A stretch of DNA of 55,376 nucleotides from Escherichia coli (GTDB lineage Bacteria > Pseudomonadota > Gammaproteobacteria > Enterobacterales > Enterobacteriaceae), in NCBI RefSeq assembly GCF_003334255.1, contig NZ_QOWU01000035.1, one strand, 5' to 3'. Below the pieces are notes generated by a model, which did not search any database, was not told the origin of the DNA, and saw nothing but the letters and a program-made list of their open reading frames with translations. The translations under genes were made by a program, and so were the position numbers. Positions 1 to 16,841 of this stretch are shown here, piece after piece (position 1 is the first letter of the stretch; every line of letters starts with the position of its first letter).

Positions 1-77
1 AGTTATCGTGAGAGTAATTCATCGGCACGTTAAATCATATCAGGCGTAATACCACAACCCTTAAGTTAGCGCTTATG
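1..77 (-). mobile_element. Terminal segment of IS186 (partial; element continues beyond the window start)
   Basis: Reverse complement of 1..77 reads CATAAGCGCTAACTTAAGGGTTG..., which I recall as the 23-bp terminal inverted repeat of IS186 plus adjacent internal sequence; the cheB reading frame is broken exactly at position 77/78. Confidence 0.65.
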
Positions 78-980
78 GGTCCATGCCCCCGCCTGACGCA
101 TCGCCAACATTCCTGCCGCGCCGTCGTTGCCCATGCCGGTCAGGATCACCCCAACCGCATTACGCCCCGCCTGTTTGGCGACAGAATGGAACAACACATC
201 TACCGAAGGCCGATGACGGTTAACCGCCGGGCCATCGTGAATTTTGATTTGATAATTTGCGCCACTACGCGCCAGCTCCATATGCCGATCGCCCGGCGCG
301 ATATAGGCATGTCCCGGCAAGACGCGCTCTCCGTCTTCGGCTTCTTTAACCCCGATCTGGCAAAGCTTATTAAGTCTGTCGGCAAAAGAGCGGGTGAAAC
401 CGGGCGGCATATGCTGGGTAATTAACAGTGCCGGGCTGGAAAGCGGCAACGGTTGCAGTACGTGACGAATTGCCTCAGTTCCACCCGTTGAAGCACCAAT
501 CGCAATCAGTTTTTCAGAACTCAGCAACGGCCCCGCCTTCAGCGTTGTCGGTGCCGACAATGGCTTATGTGCTGCAAGGCTCGCCTTTGCTGCCGTACGC
601 ACCTTTTCAGCAATCATTTCGCTATACGCCAGCATACCTTCGCGAATACCCAGTTGCGGTTTGGTGACAAAATCTATCGCCCCCAGCTCCAGCGCGCGCA
701 GCGTAACTTCTGACCCTTTGCCGGTCAGGGAAGAAACCATCACAACGGGCATTGGACGCAAACGCATTAATTTTTCGAGGAAATCCAGTCCGTCCATCCG
801 CGGCATTTCAACATCCAGCGTCAATACATCGGGATTGAATTTCTTAATCAAGTCACGCGCAACCAGCGGATCAGGCGCGGTCGCCACCATTTCCATGTCG
901 CTATGGCTGTTGATGATTTCTGTCATGATCTGGCGCATCAGTGCCGAATCATCGACAGATAACACCCTGATTTTGCTCAT
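78..980 (-). pseudogene. cheB: Chemotaxis methylesterase CheB, 3'-truncated after codon 301 by the IS186 insertion (the ORF runs into the IS as ...[12 protein letters not shown])
   Basis: Translation [19 protein letters not shown]... matches the CheB receiver and methylesterase domains; canonical CheB is 349 aa, so the last ~48 residues are missing and replaced by 3 IS-encoded codons. Confidence 0.85.
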
Positions 981-982
981 CG

Positions 983-1843
983 TTAATCCTTACTTAGCGC
1001 ATACACCGTCTGACCACGCAGCGTGAAGCGGCGCTCAAGGTGGCTAAAGTTTTCAGAGTGACCCGCAAACAGCAATCCGTCGGGTTTAAGGAGCGGAACA
1101 AAGCGGCGCAAAATCTCCTGCTGGGTAGTTTGATCGAAGTAGATCATGACGTTACGACAGAAGATCGCATCAAACGGCCCCGGCACGGTGTACTGTTTCG
1201 CCAGTAAATTCAGCGGGGCAAAATCAACATAGTTCGCCAGCTCCTGACGCACGCGTACCAGCCCTTCATGCGGTCCCGTCCCTCGCATGAAATACCGTTG
1301 CAGTTGCTGCGGCGTCAGGTTTTTCAACTCTTCATGGCGATAGATACCGCTTCTGGCTTTTTCCAGCACTTCGGTGTCGATATCACTGGCAAACACTTTC
1401 CAGCGTCCGGGCGCGGTGCCCAATGTGTCAGCCAGCGTCATCGCAATGCTGTACGGCTCTTCGCCGGTCGAAGCCGCCGCGCTCCATACGCGATACTCGC
1501 CAGAACGGCGACGTGCGTGATCCGCGAGCAGAGGGAAATGATGTGCCTCACGGAAAAATGCCGTCAGATTCGTGGTCAGCGAATTGATAAACGCCTGCCA
1601 CTCACCGCTGTGCTGATTAGATTCCAGCAAGTTCAGATAATGACCGAAATCCGTCAGTCCCAGTGAACGCAAACGACGAACCAGTCGGTTGTAAACCATG
1701 TCGCGTTTATGGTCAGCCAGAACGATCCCGGCTCGTTGATAGATCAATTGACTTATCCGCCGAAAATGCGCGTCGGAAAGCGCCAGGCGCTCGGTCATCT
1801 GTAACAATAAAGACGTTTGCCCACAGGGCAGAGATGAAGTCAT
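983..1843 (-). CDS. cheR: Chemotaxis protein methyltransferase CheR
   Basis: 286-aa [20 protein letters not shown]...; SAM-dependent MCP methyltransferase; overlaps the cheB start as in the meche operon. Confidence 0.95.
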
Positions 1844-1861
1844 AGCGCCTTCTCAATCACT

Positions 1862-3463
1862 TCAGGATACCACTGGCGCAATTTGTAACTGCGCCGACTC
1901 ATGTCGTGCTACTTCATGTTCTTCAAGGGTAAATACCGCCACACGCGACGAAAGATGGTCGGCCTGATTCGCCAGTTGTTCCGTTGCCACCGCCGCTTCT
2001 TCTACCAGCGAGGCGTTCTGCTGAGTCACCTGATCCATCTGGCTGACAGCCTGTGCAACCTGCTCAATCCCCCGCCGTTGTTCTTCCGACGCCGAAGCAA
2101 TTTCTCCCATAATGTCGTTCACGCGGGTCACCGAACTGACAATATCGGTCATGGTCGCGGCGGCGTTATTCACCAGTTTCGAACCCTGCTGGACACGATT
2201 GACTGACTCTTCGATCAGCCCTTTGATCTCTTTTGCTGCCTGCGCGCTACGGCTGGCAAGATTGCGCACTTCACCTGCCACTACCGCAAAACCACGCCCC
2301 TGCTCTCCGGCGCGAGCCGCTTCCACTGCCGCATTCAGGGCCAGAATATTGGTCTGGAAAGCAATTCCGTCGATAACGCTGATAATGTCGCCAATTTTTT
2401 GCGAGCTGGTGGCGATCTCCTGCATGGTGTGAGTCATGGTACTGACCTGAACACCGCCCGCCTGCGCCGTTGTCGCGGCATTTTTTGCCAGTTCCGACGC
2501 CTGTCGTGCGTTATCGGCGTTTTGCCCTACCGTGGCGGTTAATTGCTCCATACTGGCGGCCGTTTGTGCCAGCGATGCCGCCTGCTGTTCGGTACGACTT
2601 GAGAGATCGTTATTGCCTGCGACAATCTCCGCGATACCAATGTGCATCTCATGGCTTCCCTTACGCACATCACTCACCGTCCCACGCAAAGCCTGCTGCA
2701 TGGTCTTCAGGCTGGCAAAAATGGCGGTGATCTCATTACGACCATATACCGCAATCGGACGCGCCAGATTACCCGCAGCAATGCTGTCAAAATGGCTACC
2801 GATAATGGCCAGTGGTTGAACAATCATCTTGCGCGTCCACCACAGCGCACTGCTGATGTAGATCGCCGCAACAGTAATCATGCTGATAAACACCAGCGCC
2901 GAAATCTGATAGTTACGCTGGCTTTGCGCACTGGCGGCTTCCAGCACATGGTTGATCTCCAGCTGCCAGGCCTCAAAGTTAACGTCAAACGCATTCTGTG
3001 ATCCCTGCACCGGCGCAGTGAGGAAATCCGAAAGTTGATTACTTTCAAGCCAGGTCGCCTGATGTTCGAGATCGTTGTGCCAGCGGGCAAAACTTTTCTC
3101 CGTCTCTTTTTGCAATGCTCTGACGTGCTCGTTGCCCGCAGTCATCGCCATAAAACTTTTAAACAGCGTGGTGGATTGCGTCAGACTGGCGCGCGCCGTC
3201 GTCATCAACGTTTTAATGTCATCCGCCGGATAGCTAAGCGCTGTCAGAGTGCCTGCTTTGTTCAGCGCGGTACTGGCCTGTAACATTACCGCCCGAGTTT
3301 GCGCTAATGCCGCACGTTGCTGATTGCTCTGCTCGACCTGATTCAGTCGTTGCAAATCGTCGCGAAATGCCCAAAAAGACATGCCGTTACTGCCAATCTG
3401 CAAGATCCCGCAGAGAATCAAAATTAAAAACAGCGTGGTCGAAATTCGAATACGATTAAACAT
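1862..3463 (-). CDS. tap: Methyl-accepting chemotaxis protein IV (dipeptide/pyrimidine receptor Tap)
   Basis: ORF trimmed to MFNRIRISTTLFLIL... (533 aa); conserved MCP signalling domain; position between tar and cheR. Confidence 0.92.
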   Translation of the reverse strand: MFNRIRISTTLFLILILCGILQIGSNGMSFWAFRDDLQRLNQVEQSNQQRAALAQTRAVMLQASTALNKAGTLTALSYPADDIKTLMTTARASLTQSTTLFKSFMAMTAGNEHVRALQKETEKSFARWHNDLEHQATWLESNQLSDFLTAPVQGSQNAFDVNFEAWQLEINHVLEAASAQSQRNYQISALVFISMITVAAIYISSALWWTRKMIVQPLAIIGSHFDSIAAGNLARPIAVYGRNEITAIFASLKTMQQALRGTVSDVRKGSHEMHIGIAEIVAGNNDLSSRTEQQAASLAQTAASMEQLTATVGQNADNARQASELAKNAATTAQAGGVQVSTMTHTMQEIATSSQKIGDIISVIDGIAFQTNILALNAAVEAARAGEQGRGFAVVAGEVRNLASRSAQAAKEIKGLIEESVNRVQQGSKLVNNAAATMTDIVSSVTRVNDIMGEIASASEEQRRGIEQVAQAVSQMDQVTQQNASLVEEAAVATEQLANQADHLSSRVAVFTLEEHEVARHESAQLQIAPVVS

Positions 3464-3508
3464 CAACGCTCCCCATCAGGCGGCAATGACCGCGTTAGTA
3501 AATACTCG

Positions 3509-5170
3509 TCAAAATGTTTCCCAGTTTGGATCTTGTTCAGCAATTCGCAGTCGTGGCTGTGCCGGTGGTTGCTCACTGGCAGGACGGGATGGTGTTTGCG
3601 GTTTATTGGTGAGTGGGCTGGCTGCCAGACGAAACGCGGAAACCGCTTGCGTTAAACGACTAGCCTGTTCTTCCAGCGCAGCTGCAGCGGCAGCTGATTC
3701 CTGCACCAGCGATGCGTTCTGTTGCGTGACGCGATCCATTTCCGAAACCGCCAATGCGACTTGATCGATGCCACGGCTCTGTTCATCCGATGCCGATGCA
3801 ATCTCGCCCATAATGTCAGTCACGCGAGTGACAGCATTGACGATATTGTTCATTGTTTCCCCGGCGCTTTCGACCAGCACCGAACCGGTATCAACGCGCG
3901 AGACGGAGTCTTCAATGAGAGCTTTGATCTCTTTTGCCGCCTGGGCGCTACGACTGGCAAGATTACGCACTTCGCCCGCCACCACGGCAAAACCACGGCC
4001 CTGTTCACCCGCTCGCGCGGCTTCAACCGCGGCATTCAGCGCGAGGATATTAGTCTGGAAGGCAATACCGTCGATAACGCTGATAATGTCGGCAATTTTC
4101 TTCGAACTATCGGCGATCTCATGCATCGTTTTCACTACGCCATCCACCACTTTGCCGCCGTGCTGGGCGGTGTCGGAGGCACTTTGCGCCAGTTGCGAGG
4201 CCTGGCGGGCGTTATCGGCGTTTTGCTTCACTGTCGCGGTGAGCTGCTCCATGCTGGCGGCAGTTTCTTCCAGCGCGGATGCCTGCTGTTCAGTACGGGA
4301 GGAAAGATCGGTGTTGCCCGCCGCAATTTCACGGGTACCGGCATAGATGGCATCTGAACCTTCGCGGACATGAGTGACGGTGTCAGTCAAAGAGCGTTGC
4401 ATATGTGAAACGCTCTGCGCCAGGTCGCCCATTTCACTGCGCCCGTCAATGGTCAGGGTATTCGCCAGGTTACCACCGGCGATTTCGCGAATGTGAGCAA
4501 TAATTTTTGCCAGCGGTGTAAGCAACATACGGCGAATGCCGTACCACGCCACCAGCAGAATCAATACCACCACCAGCGCGATAACCGCCAGTTGCCACTG
4601 GGCAAATCGGTAATCATCTGCGTTGTCAGTGACGATATCGCGATACAGTTTTTCACTGCTGAGGGCGTACTGAGCAAACGCTTCGCCCATTGCATTTTGC
4701 ATTCCCTGGGTTGGCTGAGCGAAATAAGCTCCAGTATTGCCATAATCAAGATAATCAATCAGTTCAGTTAATGCTGTGTGATAGTTTTTATATTTTTCAT
4801 CAATATTACGACTGGTAGCGACCATTTCAGGTAACGGTGCCATACTTTTGAATTTTTTATAATGAGTCGCGGCCTGGGCCAATGTTTTCCTGGCGCTATC
4901 GAGCAATTCAACTTTGGCATTACTTTGTTGATTGGAGGAATCCATCATCATTCGCACCGCTGAACGACTCAGGTTAATGCGCGTTTGCAGCATTAAATCC
5001 CAGGTTGACGTCAGCTCGCCCTGCTGTTCCCGTAATTGATTGGAAACCACAAAGCTCTTCTGGCTATGGTGAAGGGAAGAAAAAAACAGACTGCCGGAAA
5101 TAAGCTGTAACAGTGCGAATACCCCCAGCACCATTACCAACAGCGTGACTACGCGGATACGGTTAATCAT
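3509..5170 (-). CDS. tar: Methyl-accepting chemotaxis protein II (aspartate/maltose receptor Tar)
   Basis: ORF trimmed to [18 protein letters not shown]... (553 aa); C-terminal NWETF pentapeptide present. Confidence 0.93.
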   Translation of the reverse strand: MINRIRVVTLLVMVLGVFALLQLISGSLFFSSLHHSQKSFVVSNQLREQQGELTSTWDLMLQTRINLSRSAVRMMMDSSNQQSNAKVELLDSARKTLAQAATHYKKFKSMAPLPEMVATSRNIDEKYKNYHTALTELIDYLDYGNTGAYFAQPTQGMQNAMGEAFAQYALSSEKLYRDIVTDNADDYRFAQWQLAVIALVVVLILLVAWYGIRRMLLTPLAKIIAHIREIAGGNLANTLTIDGRSEMGDLAQSVSHMQRSLTDTVTHVREGSDAIYAGTREIAAGNTDLSSRTEQQASALEETAASMEQLTATVKQNADNARQASQLAQSASDTAQHGGKVVDGVVKTMHEIADSSKKIADIISVIDGIAFQTNILALNAAVEAARAGEQGRGFAVVAGEVRNLASRSAQAAKEIKALIEDSVSRVDTGSVLVESAGETMNNIVNAVTRVTDIMGEIASASDEQSRGIDQVALAVSEMDRVTQQNASLVQESAAAAAALEEQASRLTQAVSAFRLAASPLTNKPQTPSRPASEQPPAQPRLRIAEQDPNWETF

Positions 5171-5201
5171 AAGGCACCTTCCTGAAAACAAGTTGATCTC
5201 G

Positions 5202-5228
5202 TTATCGGCAAGGAAGGGGGAAACTTTA
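5202..5228 (-). promoter_or_regulatory. Sigma-28 (FliA) class 3 promoter for the tar-tap-cheRB operon
   Basis: Minus strand reads TAAAGTTT-N11-GCCGATAA, a perfect match to the sigma-28 consensus, about 30 bp upstream of the tar start. Confidence 0.75.
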
Positions 5229-5254
5229 TTGCTGATGCCACCCGCCGCGAAATT

Positions 5255-5288
5255 GAAATAAAAAACCCGATGCGCAGATCATCGGGTT
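5255..5288 (-). terminator. Intrinsic terminator downstream of cheW (end of motA-motB-cheA-cheW operon)
   Basis: GC stem CCCGAT/ATCGGG followed by a U-run on the minus-strand transcript. Confidence 0.6.
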
Positions 5289-5314
5289 CATTTCAATTGA
5301 GGAAATCAGGAGAA

Positions 5315-5818
5315 TTACGCCACTTCTGACGCCGCGCTATCTAACAGCGCCATCTCTTCGCTGTTCAGCAGTTTTTCGATGTTCACCAGAATCAACATCC
5401 GGTCGCCCAGTGCGCCCAGTCCAGTGAGATATTCTGTTGAAAGCGTCACGGCAAATTCCGGTGCCGGACGAATTTGCTCCGCCGTCAATGAAAGCACATC
5501 TGAAACGCCGTCAACCACGATGCCGACCACCCGCTGTCCGAGATTCAGGACGATAACTACCGTGTTGTCGTTATAGTCCACATCCACCTGGCTGAACTTA
5601 ATTCGTAAGTCAACAATCGGCACAATAACGCCGCGCAGATTCGTGACGCCTTTGATAAACGCTGGCGTGTTCGCAATCCGTGTTACCTGATCGTAGCCAC
5701 GGATCTCCTGCACTTTCAGGATATCAATACCGTACTCTTCATCACCAAGGGTAAATACCAGAAATTCCTGGCCTGACGGCTCGCTGGCCAGCTTTGTTAC
5801 ATTCGTCATACCGGTCAT
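5315..5818 (-). CDS. cheW: Chemotaxis coupling protein CheW
   Basis: 167-aa [36 protein letters not shown]... Confidence 0.96.
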
Positions 5819-5838
5819 ATTGTTACCTTTTTACTCAT

Positions 5839-8730
<2,892 letters not shown>

Positions 8731-8734
<4 letters not shown>

Positions 8735-9618
8735 GCTTCCTCGGTTGTCGTCTGTTGTTGCGGATTTTTCACCGCACGCACATGCTCTTCCAGTTCAATA
8801 AACGACGGACGTTCGCTGGAATAGAGCGTTTTGCGACCAAACTCAACGGCGATAGGCGGTGCGTAACCGTTCAGATTAGAAAGCAGTGTGACTTTGACGC
8901 ACTGCATCATTTTGCTGGTTTCGGCGCTTTTCTGACGTAAAACACTCGCTAATGGGGAAATAAATCCGTAAGCCAATAAAATGCCGAGGAAAGTCCCCAC
9001 CATCGCATGTGCGATAAGCGCCCCCAGCTCGGCGGCAGGACGATCGGCTGAACCTAACGCGTGAACGACCCCCATTACAGCCGCGACAATACCAAACGCC
9101 GGAAGTGAGTCCCCGACCAGCGCCAGACTGTTCGCCGGGACTTCTGCCTCGCTTTCGTGCGTCTCAATCTCTTCATCCATCAGGGCTTCGATTTCGAAGG
9201 TGTTCATGTGACCGCTGATAATCAGGCGCAGATAATCGACGATAAAATCAAGCATGACGCTATCCGCGAGGATGCGTGGGTAGCTGGCGAAGATCTCGCT
9301 CTCACGGGGATTTTCAATATCACGTTCCAGCGAAAACATCCCCATCTGCCGCGATTTCGCCATCAACCGATAAAGCAGAGCCAGCAGATCCATATACATT
9401 GCTTTGGTGTATTTGGAGCGACGAAACAGCAACGGCAGCGCCTTCAGCGTGCCTTTAATCGCTTTGCCATTATTGCCGACGATAAACGACCCAATCCCTG
9501 CACCGGCAATAATCACCAGTTCAGCGGGTTGATAGAGTGCTCCAAGGCTTCCACCGGTCATCAAATAACCGCCGAAAACTGTACCGAGAACAACCAGGTA
9601 ACCTAATAAGATAAGCAC
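8731..9618 (-). CDS. motA: Flagellar motor stator protein MotA
   Basis: 295-aa [37 protein letters not shown]...; 4-nt overlap with motB. Confidence 0.96.
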
Positions 9619-9684
9619 GACATCATCCTTCCACTGTTGACCATGACAGGATGTTCAGTCGTCAGGCGTTAACGCGCGATTGGG

Positions 9685-9719
9685 GCAAAAAAAAGCAGCG
9701 GTACGTCGTTACCGCTGCT
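9685..9719 (-). terminator. Intrinsic terminator downstream of flhC
   Basis: Stem GCAGCGGTA/TACCGCTGC followed by an 8-nt U-run on the minus-strand transcript, 25 bp after the flhC stop. Confidence 0.65.
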
Positions 9720-9744
9720 GGAATGTTGCGCCACACCGTATCAG

Positions 9745-10323
9745 TTAAACAGCCTGTACTCTCTGTTCATCCAGCAGTTGTGGGATAATATCGGCAGGAT
9801 TCTGGGAAAGTTTACGTCTTTTTACTGCCCGGGATGGCGGTTGACATAAGCTGCAGGCAAAGCTGCCAACAGGCTGGTGAGCGTGGGTAATAAAATTGCC
9901 GCCGCAGCAGTTGCAGCTGGAAAGTTGCAGTAATCCACTTTCAACAAACCGCACCAATGTCCAGGCACGGGTTAATGCCAGCAGCGGTCCTTCTTCTGCT
10001 TGCGGGCACTGTTCAAGGTATAAACGGTAGGCTTTGATCACCGCGTCGACGCCATTACACAAACCGGTTTTCAGTAAAAACTGCCATGCATTACAGAACA
10101 TCGAAGCATGAACGTTTTGTTCCCAGGTCATAAACCAGTCGGTTGAGAATGGCAGCATGCCTTTCGGCGGTGGGCTTCCGCGCAGTTCTTTATAAAGTTT
10201 TATCAGGCGTCCGCGACTTAACTGTGTTTCGCTTTCAAGCATCTGCAAAAGAGCGCCCAAGGTGATCAATTCCATTGCCAGCTGAATATCCCGCGCTTCC
10301 TGAACAATGCTTTTTTCACTCAT
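9745..10323 (-). CDS. flhC: Flagellar master regulator subunit FlhC
   Basis: 192-aa [27 protein letters not shown]...; Cys-rich zinc site present. Confidence 0.96.
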   Translation of the reverse strand: MSEKSIVQEARDIQLAMELITLGALLQMLESETQLSRGRLIKLYKELRGSPPPKGMLPFSTDWFMTWEQNVHASMFCNAWQFLLKTGLCNGVDAVIKAYRLYLEQCPQAEEGPLLALTRAWTLVRFVESGLLQLSSCNCCGGNFITHAHQPVGSFACSLCQPPSRAVKRRKLSQNPADIIPQLLDEQRVQAV

Positions 10324-10325
10324 GA

Positions 10326-10676
10326 TCAGGCCCTTTTCTTGCGCAGCGCTTCTTCAGGCTGATTAACATCATTCAGCAAGCGTGTTGAGAGCATGATGCC
10401 GGTATGAATTTGCTGGAGATCGTCAACGCGGGAATCTTGCGTCAACTGAGTAATCGTCTGGTGGCTGTCAAAACGGAAGTGACAAACCAGCTGATTGGTT
10501 TCTGCCAGCTTAACCATTTGCGGAAGAGTCAGTGCCGCTAATGTTGTCGCCATTTCTTCATTTATGCCGAGACGAAACATAGCGGACGCTTTGTCCTGAA
10601 CAATCAGACGCTGTGCAAGTAGTAAATATGACAAGTTGATGTCATAAATGTGTTTCAGCAACTCGGAGGTATGCAT
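10326..10676 (-). CDS. flhD: Flagellar master regulator subunit FlhD
   Basis: ORF trimmed to [24 protein letters not shown]... (116 aa). Confidence 0.94.
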
Positions 10677-11455
10677 TATTCCCACCCAGAATAACCAACT
10701 TTATTTTTATGCGGTTTCACCGCACCCCGTGATGTCGCCGGGAAGCCCCGGTAAAAAATAATTAGCATTAGAATAGTTGCGATAAGCTGCAATAAGCAGA
10801 GCCACCTTTTTGGTTTAATAAGTCCTTACAAATAGAAGGGGGTCTTTACACTTATCTAAGATTTTTCCTAAATCGACGCAACTGTACTCGTCACTACACG
10901 CACATACAACGGAGGGGGGCTGCGATTTTCAATAATGCGTGATGCAGATCACACAAAACACTCAATTACTTAACATAAATGTATAAGTCATACTTTTGTT
11001 TTGGGTGTATTTCAATCTGTTAAAAAGTTTTTCGCTACGCTAGCAAGCAAAAATGAAACAGGAATAATCGAAATGGGATGTTGCGCACAGTTAAAATAAC
11101 TCACCGTAAATAATCATCTGCTATAAATAATCACTTTCATGCAATACCAGATAAGCTATTTTTAAACAGACACTTACCGCACAACAAACTAATTAAATAC
11201 AAAGAAAGGCAACAATCAACTTTATGTTAATAAAATGTTTTGCATATATTAACCACTTGTTTAATGCGGAGAATCAGTACATTATTTTCTTATAATTACA
11301 GTTGAAATCATATGATCACCGAGAGTGATTGATTAATTGTCTTTACTAATAATCAGACTAATATTTACCTGTTTGACTGAGTTGGGATTGCGTCGTTTCT
11401 CCATTAGGAGTAAAGCTTTAATGTCACCTGAAGTTCACAGAATAAGGAACAGGTT
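10677..11455 (-). promoter_or_regulatory. flhDC class 1 promoter, long 5'UTR and upstream regulatory region (shared divergent region with uspC)
   Basis: About 780 bp of AT-rich non-coding DNA upstream of flhD with no ORF of note; established as a multi-regulator input region. Confidence 0.7.
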
Positions 11456-11884
11456 ATGAGCTATAGCAATATTCTTGTCGCTGTTGCGGTTACACCGGAA
11501 AGTCAGCAACTGCTGGCAAAAGCGGTATCTATCGCCAGGCCAGTAAAGGGACACATCAGTTTAATTACTCTCGCTTCCGACCCGGAAATGTACAATCAAT
11601 TAGCTGCGCCGATGCTTGAAGATTTACGCAGCGTGATGCAGGAAGAAACGCAAAGCTTTCTTGATAAGTTAATTCAGGATGCGGGGTATCCCGTTGACAA
11701 GACGTTTATTGCCTACGGTGAGTTAAGCGAACATATTCTGGAAGTATGTCACAAACATCATTTCGATTTGGTGATTTGCGGTAATCACAATCACAGTTTC
11801 TTTTCGCGAGCATCCTGCTCGGCGAAAAGAGTGATTGCCTCAAGTGAGGTCGATGTGCTGTTAGTTCCACTTACGGGAGATTAA
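11456..11884 (+). CDS. uspC: Universal stress protein C
   Basis: 142-aa ORF MSYSNILVAVAVTPESQQLLAKAVSIARP...; UspA-family fold; position between flhD and otsA. Confidence 0.9.
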   Translation: MSYSNILVAVAVTPESQQLLAKAVSIARPVKGHISLITLASDPEMYNQLAAPMLEDLRSVMQEETQSFLDKLIQDAGYPVDKTFIAYGELSEHILEVCHKHHFDLVICGNHNHSFFSRASCSAKRVIASSEVDVLLVPLTGD

Positions 11885-11890
11885 CCGCTC

Positions 11891-15243
<3,353 letters not shown>

Positions 15244-15257
15244 CATACTCTCCTTAC

Positions 15258-16772
15258 TCAGGCAACTGCCTGGCTGACTTTAGGCATCGCAAGGCTCAGT
15301 GCCTGACGCTCATCTGCCTGCTCGTGTAACAATTCACCGGCGATTTCACCTTCGCGCATCACCACAATCCGGTCGGCAACGCCGAGGACTTCAGGTAAGT
15401 CGCTGGAGGCAAACAGCACCGCCACACCCTGCGCCGCCAGCGCATAAATTACGTTATATATTTCGTGCTTAGCGCCAACATCAATGCCGCGCGTAGGTTC
15501 ATCCAGCAAAATGACCTTCATCTCTTCCGATAACCAGCGGCCCAGAATGGCTTTTTGCTGATTTCCGCCTGAGAGATTCATGATCAGTTGCTCAGCGCCC
15601 GGCGTTTTGATGTTGAGCGAACGAATGTGGTGATCGGCATTGTTTTCTTCCCAACCGTTGTTGATTACACAACCGCCGAGCACATGTTTACGTCTGGCAC
15701 TGATGTTGATATTGTCGCGAACGGAGTGCACGGGAATAATGCCTTCCGCTTTGCGATCTTCCGGGCAGAGCATCATGCCTGCGGCAATGGCGTGGCTCGG
15801 TTTACGAATATCGATCGGCTGTTGGTCGATATAAACCTGACCGGCGGTGATTTGCGTCCCGCCAAACAAGCCTTTCATTAATTCGCTACGCCCCGCCCCT
15901 ACCAGACCAAACAGCCCAACAATTTCACCACTGCGAACCGCCAGACTTATTGGCGTACGCACGCCTGGTGCTTTCACAGCATCAAGACGCAGGCGCTCCT
16001 CGCCATAACTACGAGGTTGCCAGCCGTAGATATCGCCAATGTCGCGCCCGACCATCGCCTGCACCAGCGCGTCGTGGTCAACCTGCTGCATATCGGTAAA
16101 GGTTTTGACATAACGTCCATCTTTAAAGACAGTGATGGCATCGCTGAGGGCAAATATTTCTTCCATACGGTGAGAAACGTATAAGATCACCCGCCCCTCT
16201 TTTCGCAGTTCACGAATAACGCGGAAAAGATTGTCGATTTCGCGGGCAGAAAGGGAGCTGGTTGGCTCATCAAAGGCGATAATTTTAGCGTTACGCGCCA
16301 GCGCCTTGGCGATTTCAACCATCTGCCACTGACCAATGGAGAGATATTTCAGCGGCGTGTCCGGGTCAATATCCATACCAAGATGTTTAAGTTGTAAACC
16401 CGCCTCATAATTCAGCAATGAGCGATTCACAATGCCGCCTTTATGCGGCAGCTGGCCGAGATAGATGTTTTCCGCGACGGTCATTTCCGGCACGAGATGC
16501 AGTTCCTGGTAAATAATCGCCACACCCGCGTTAAGTGCTGCGGTCGTGTCGGAAAAGGACATTTCCTGCCCATTAATCACTACAGAACCCGTGGTTGGCG
16601 CATAGTTGCCGCTGAGGATTTTTAAGAGAGTTGATTTTCCTGCGCCATTTTCACCCATCAACGCATGAACCTGACCGGCATAGCAGTCAAAACTAATATC
16701 CGTCAGCGCCTTAACGCCGGGAAACGTTTTACCGATGCCGCGAAATGAGAGATACGGGGTAGACTGTTGCAT
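15258..16772 (-). CDS. araG: L-arabinose ABC transporter ATP-binding protein (duplicated ABC domains)
   Basis: ORF trimmed to [23 protein letters not shown]... (504 aa); two Walker A motifs. Confidence 0.94.
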   Translation of the reverse strand: MQQSTPYLSFRGIGKTFPGVKALTDISFDCYAGQVHALMGENGAGKSTLLKILSGNYAPTTGSVVINGQEMSFSDTTAALNAGVAIIYQELHLVPEMTVAENIYLGQLPHKGGIVNRSLLNYEAGLQLKHLGMDIDPDTPLKYLSIGQWQMVEIAKALARNAKIIAFDEPTSSLSAREIDNLFRVIRELRKEGRVILYVSHRMEEIFALSDAITVFKDGRYVKTFTDMQQVDHDALVQAMVGRDIGDIYGWQPRSYGEERLRLDAVKAPGVRTPISLAVRSGEIVGLFGLVGAGRSELMKGLFGGTQITAGQVYIDQQPIDIRKPSHAIAAGMMLCPEDRKAEGIIPVHSVRDNINISARRKHVLGGCVINNGWEENNADHHIRSLNIKTPGAEQLIMNLSGGNQQKAILGRWLSEEMKVILLDEPTRGIDVGAKHEIYNVIYALAAQGVAVLFASSDLPEVLGVADRIVVMREGEIAGELLHEQADERQALSLAMPKVSQAVA

Positions 16773-16841
16773 AACGTCTCCGTGAATCACTGGTCGTTCA
16801 CACCCCCTCTGCATCATGCAGAGGGGAATTTTTCCGGCAAA

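Noticed and set aside
3768-4346. 192-aa plus-strand ORF (and similar ORFs at 2112..2432 and 3722..4357) lying antisense within tar and tap
   Set aside because: Shadow ORFs on the opposite strand of well-supported, GC-rich MCP genes; Ala/Ser/Arg-rich low-complexity translations with no recognisable domain.
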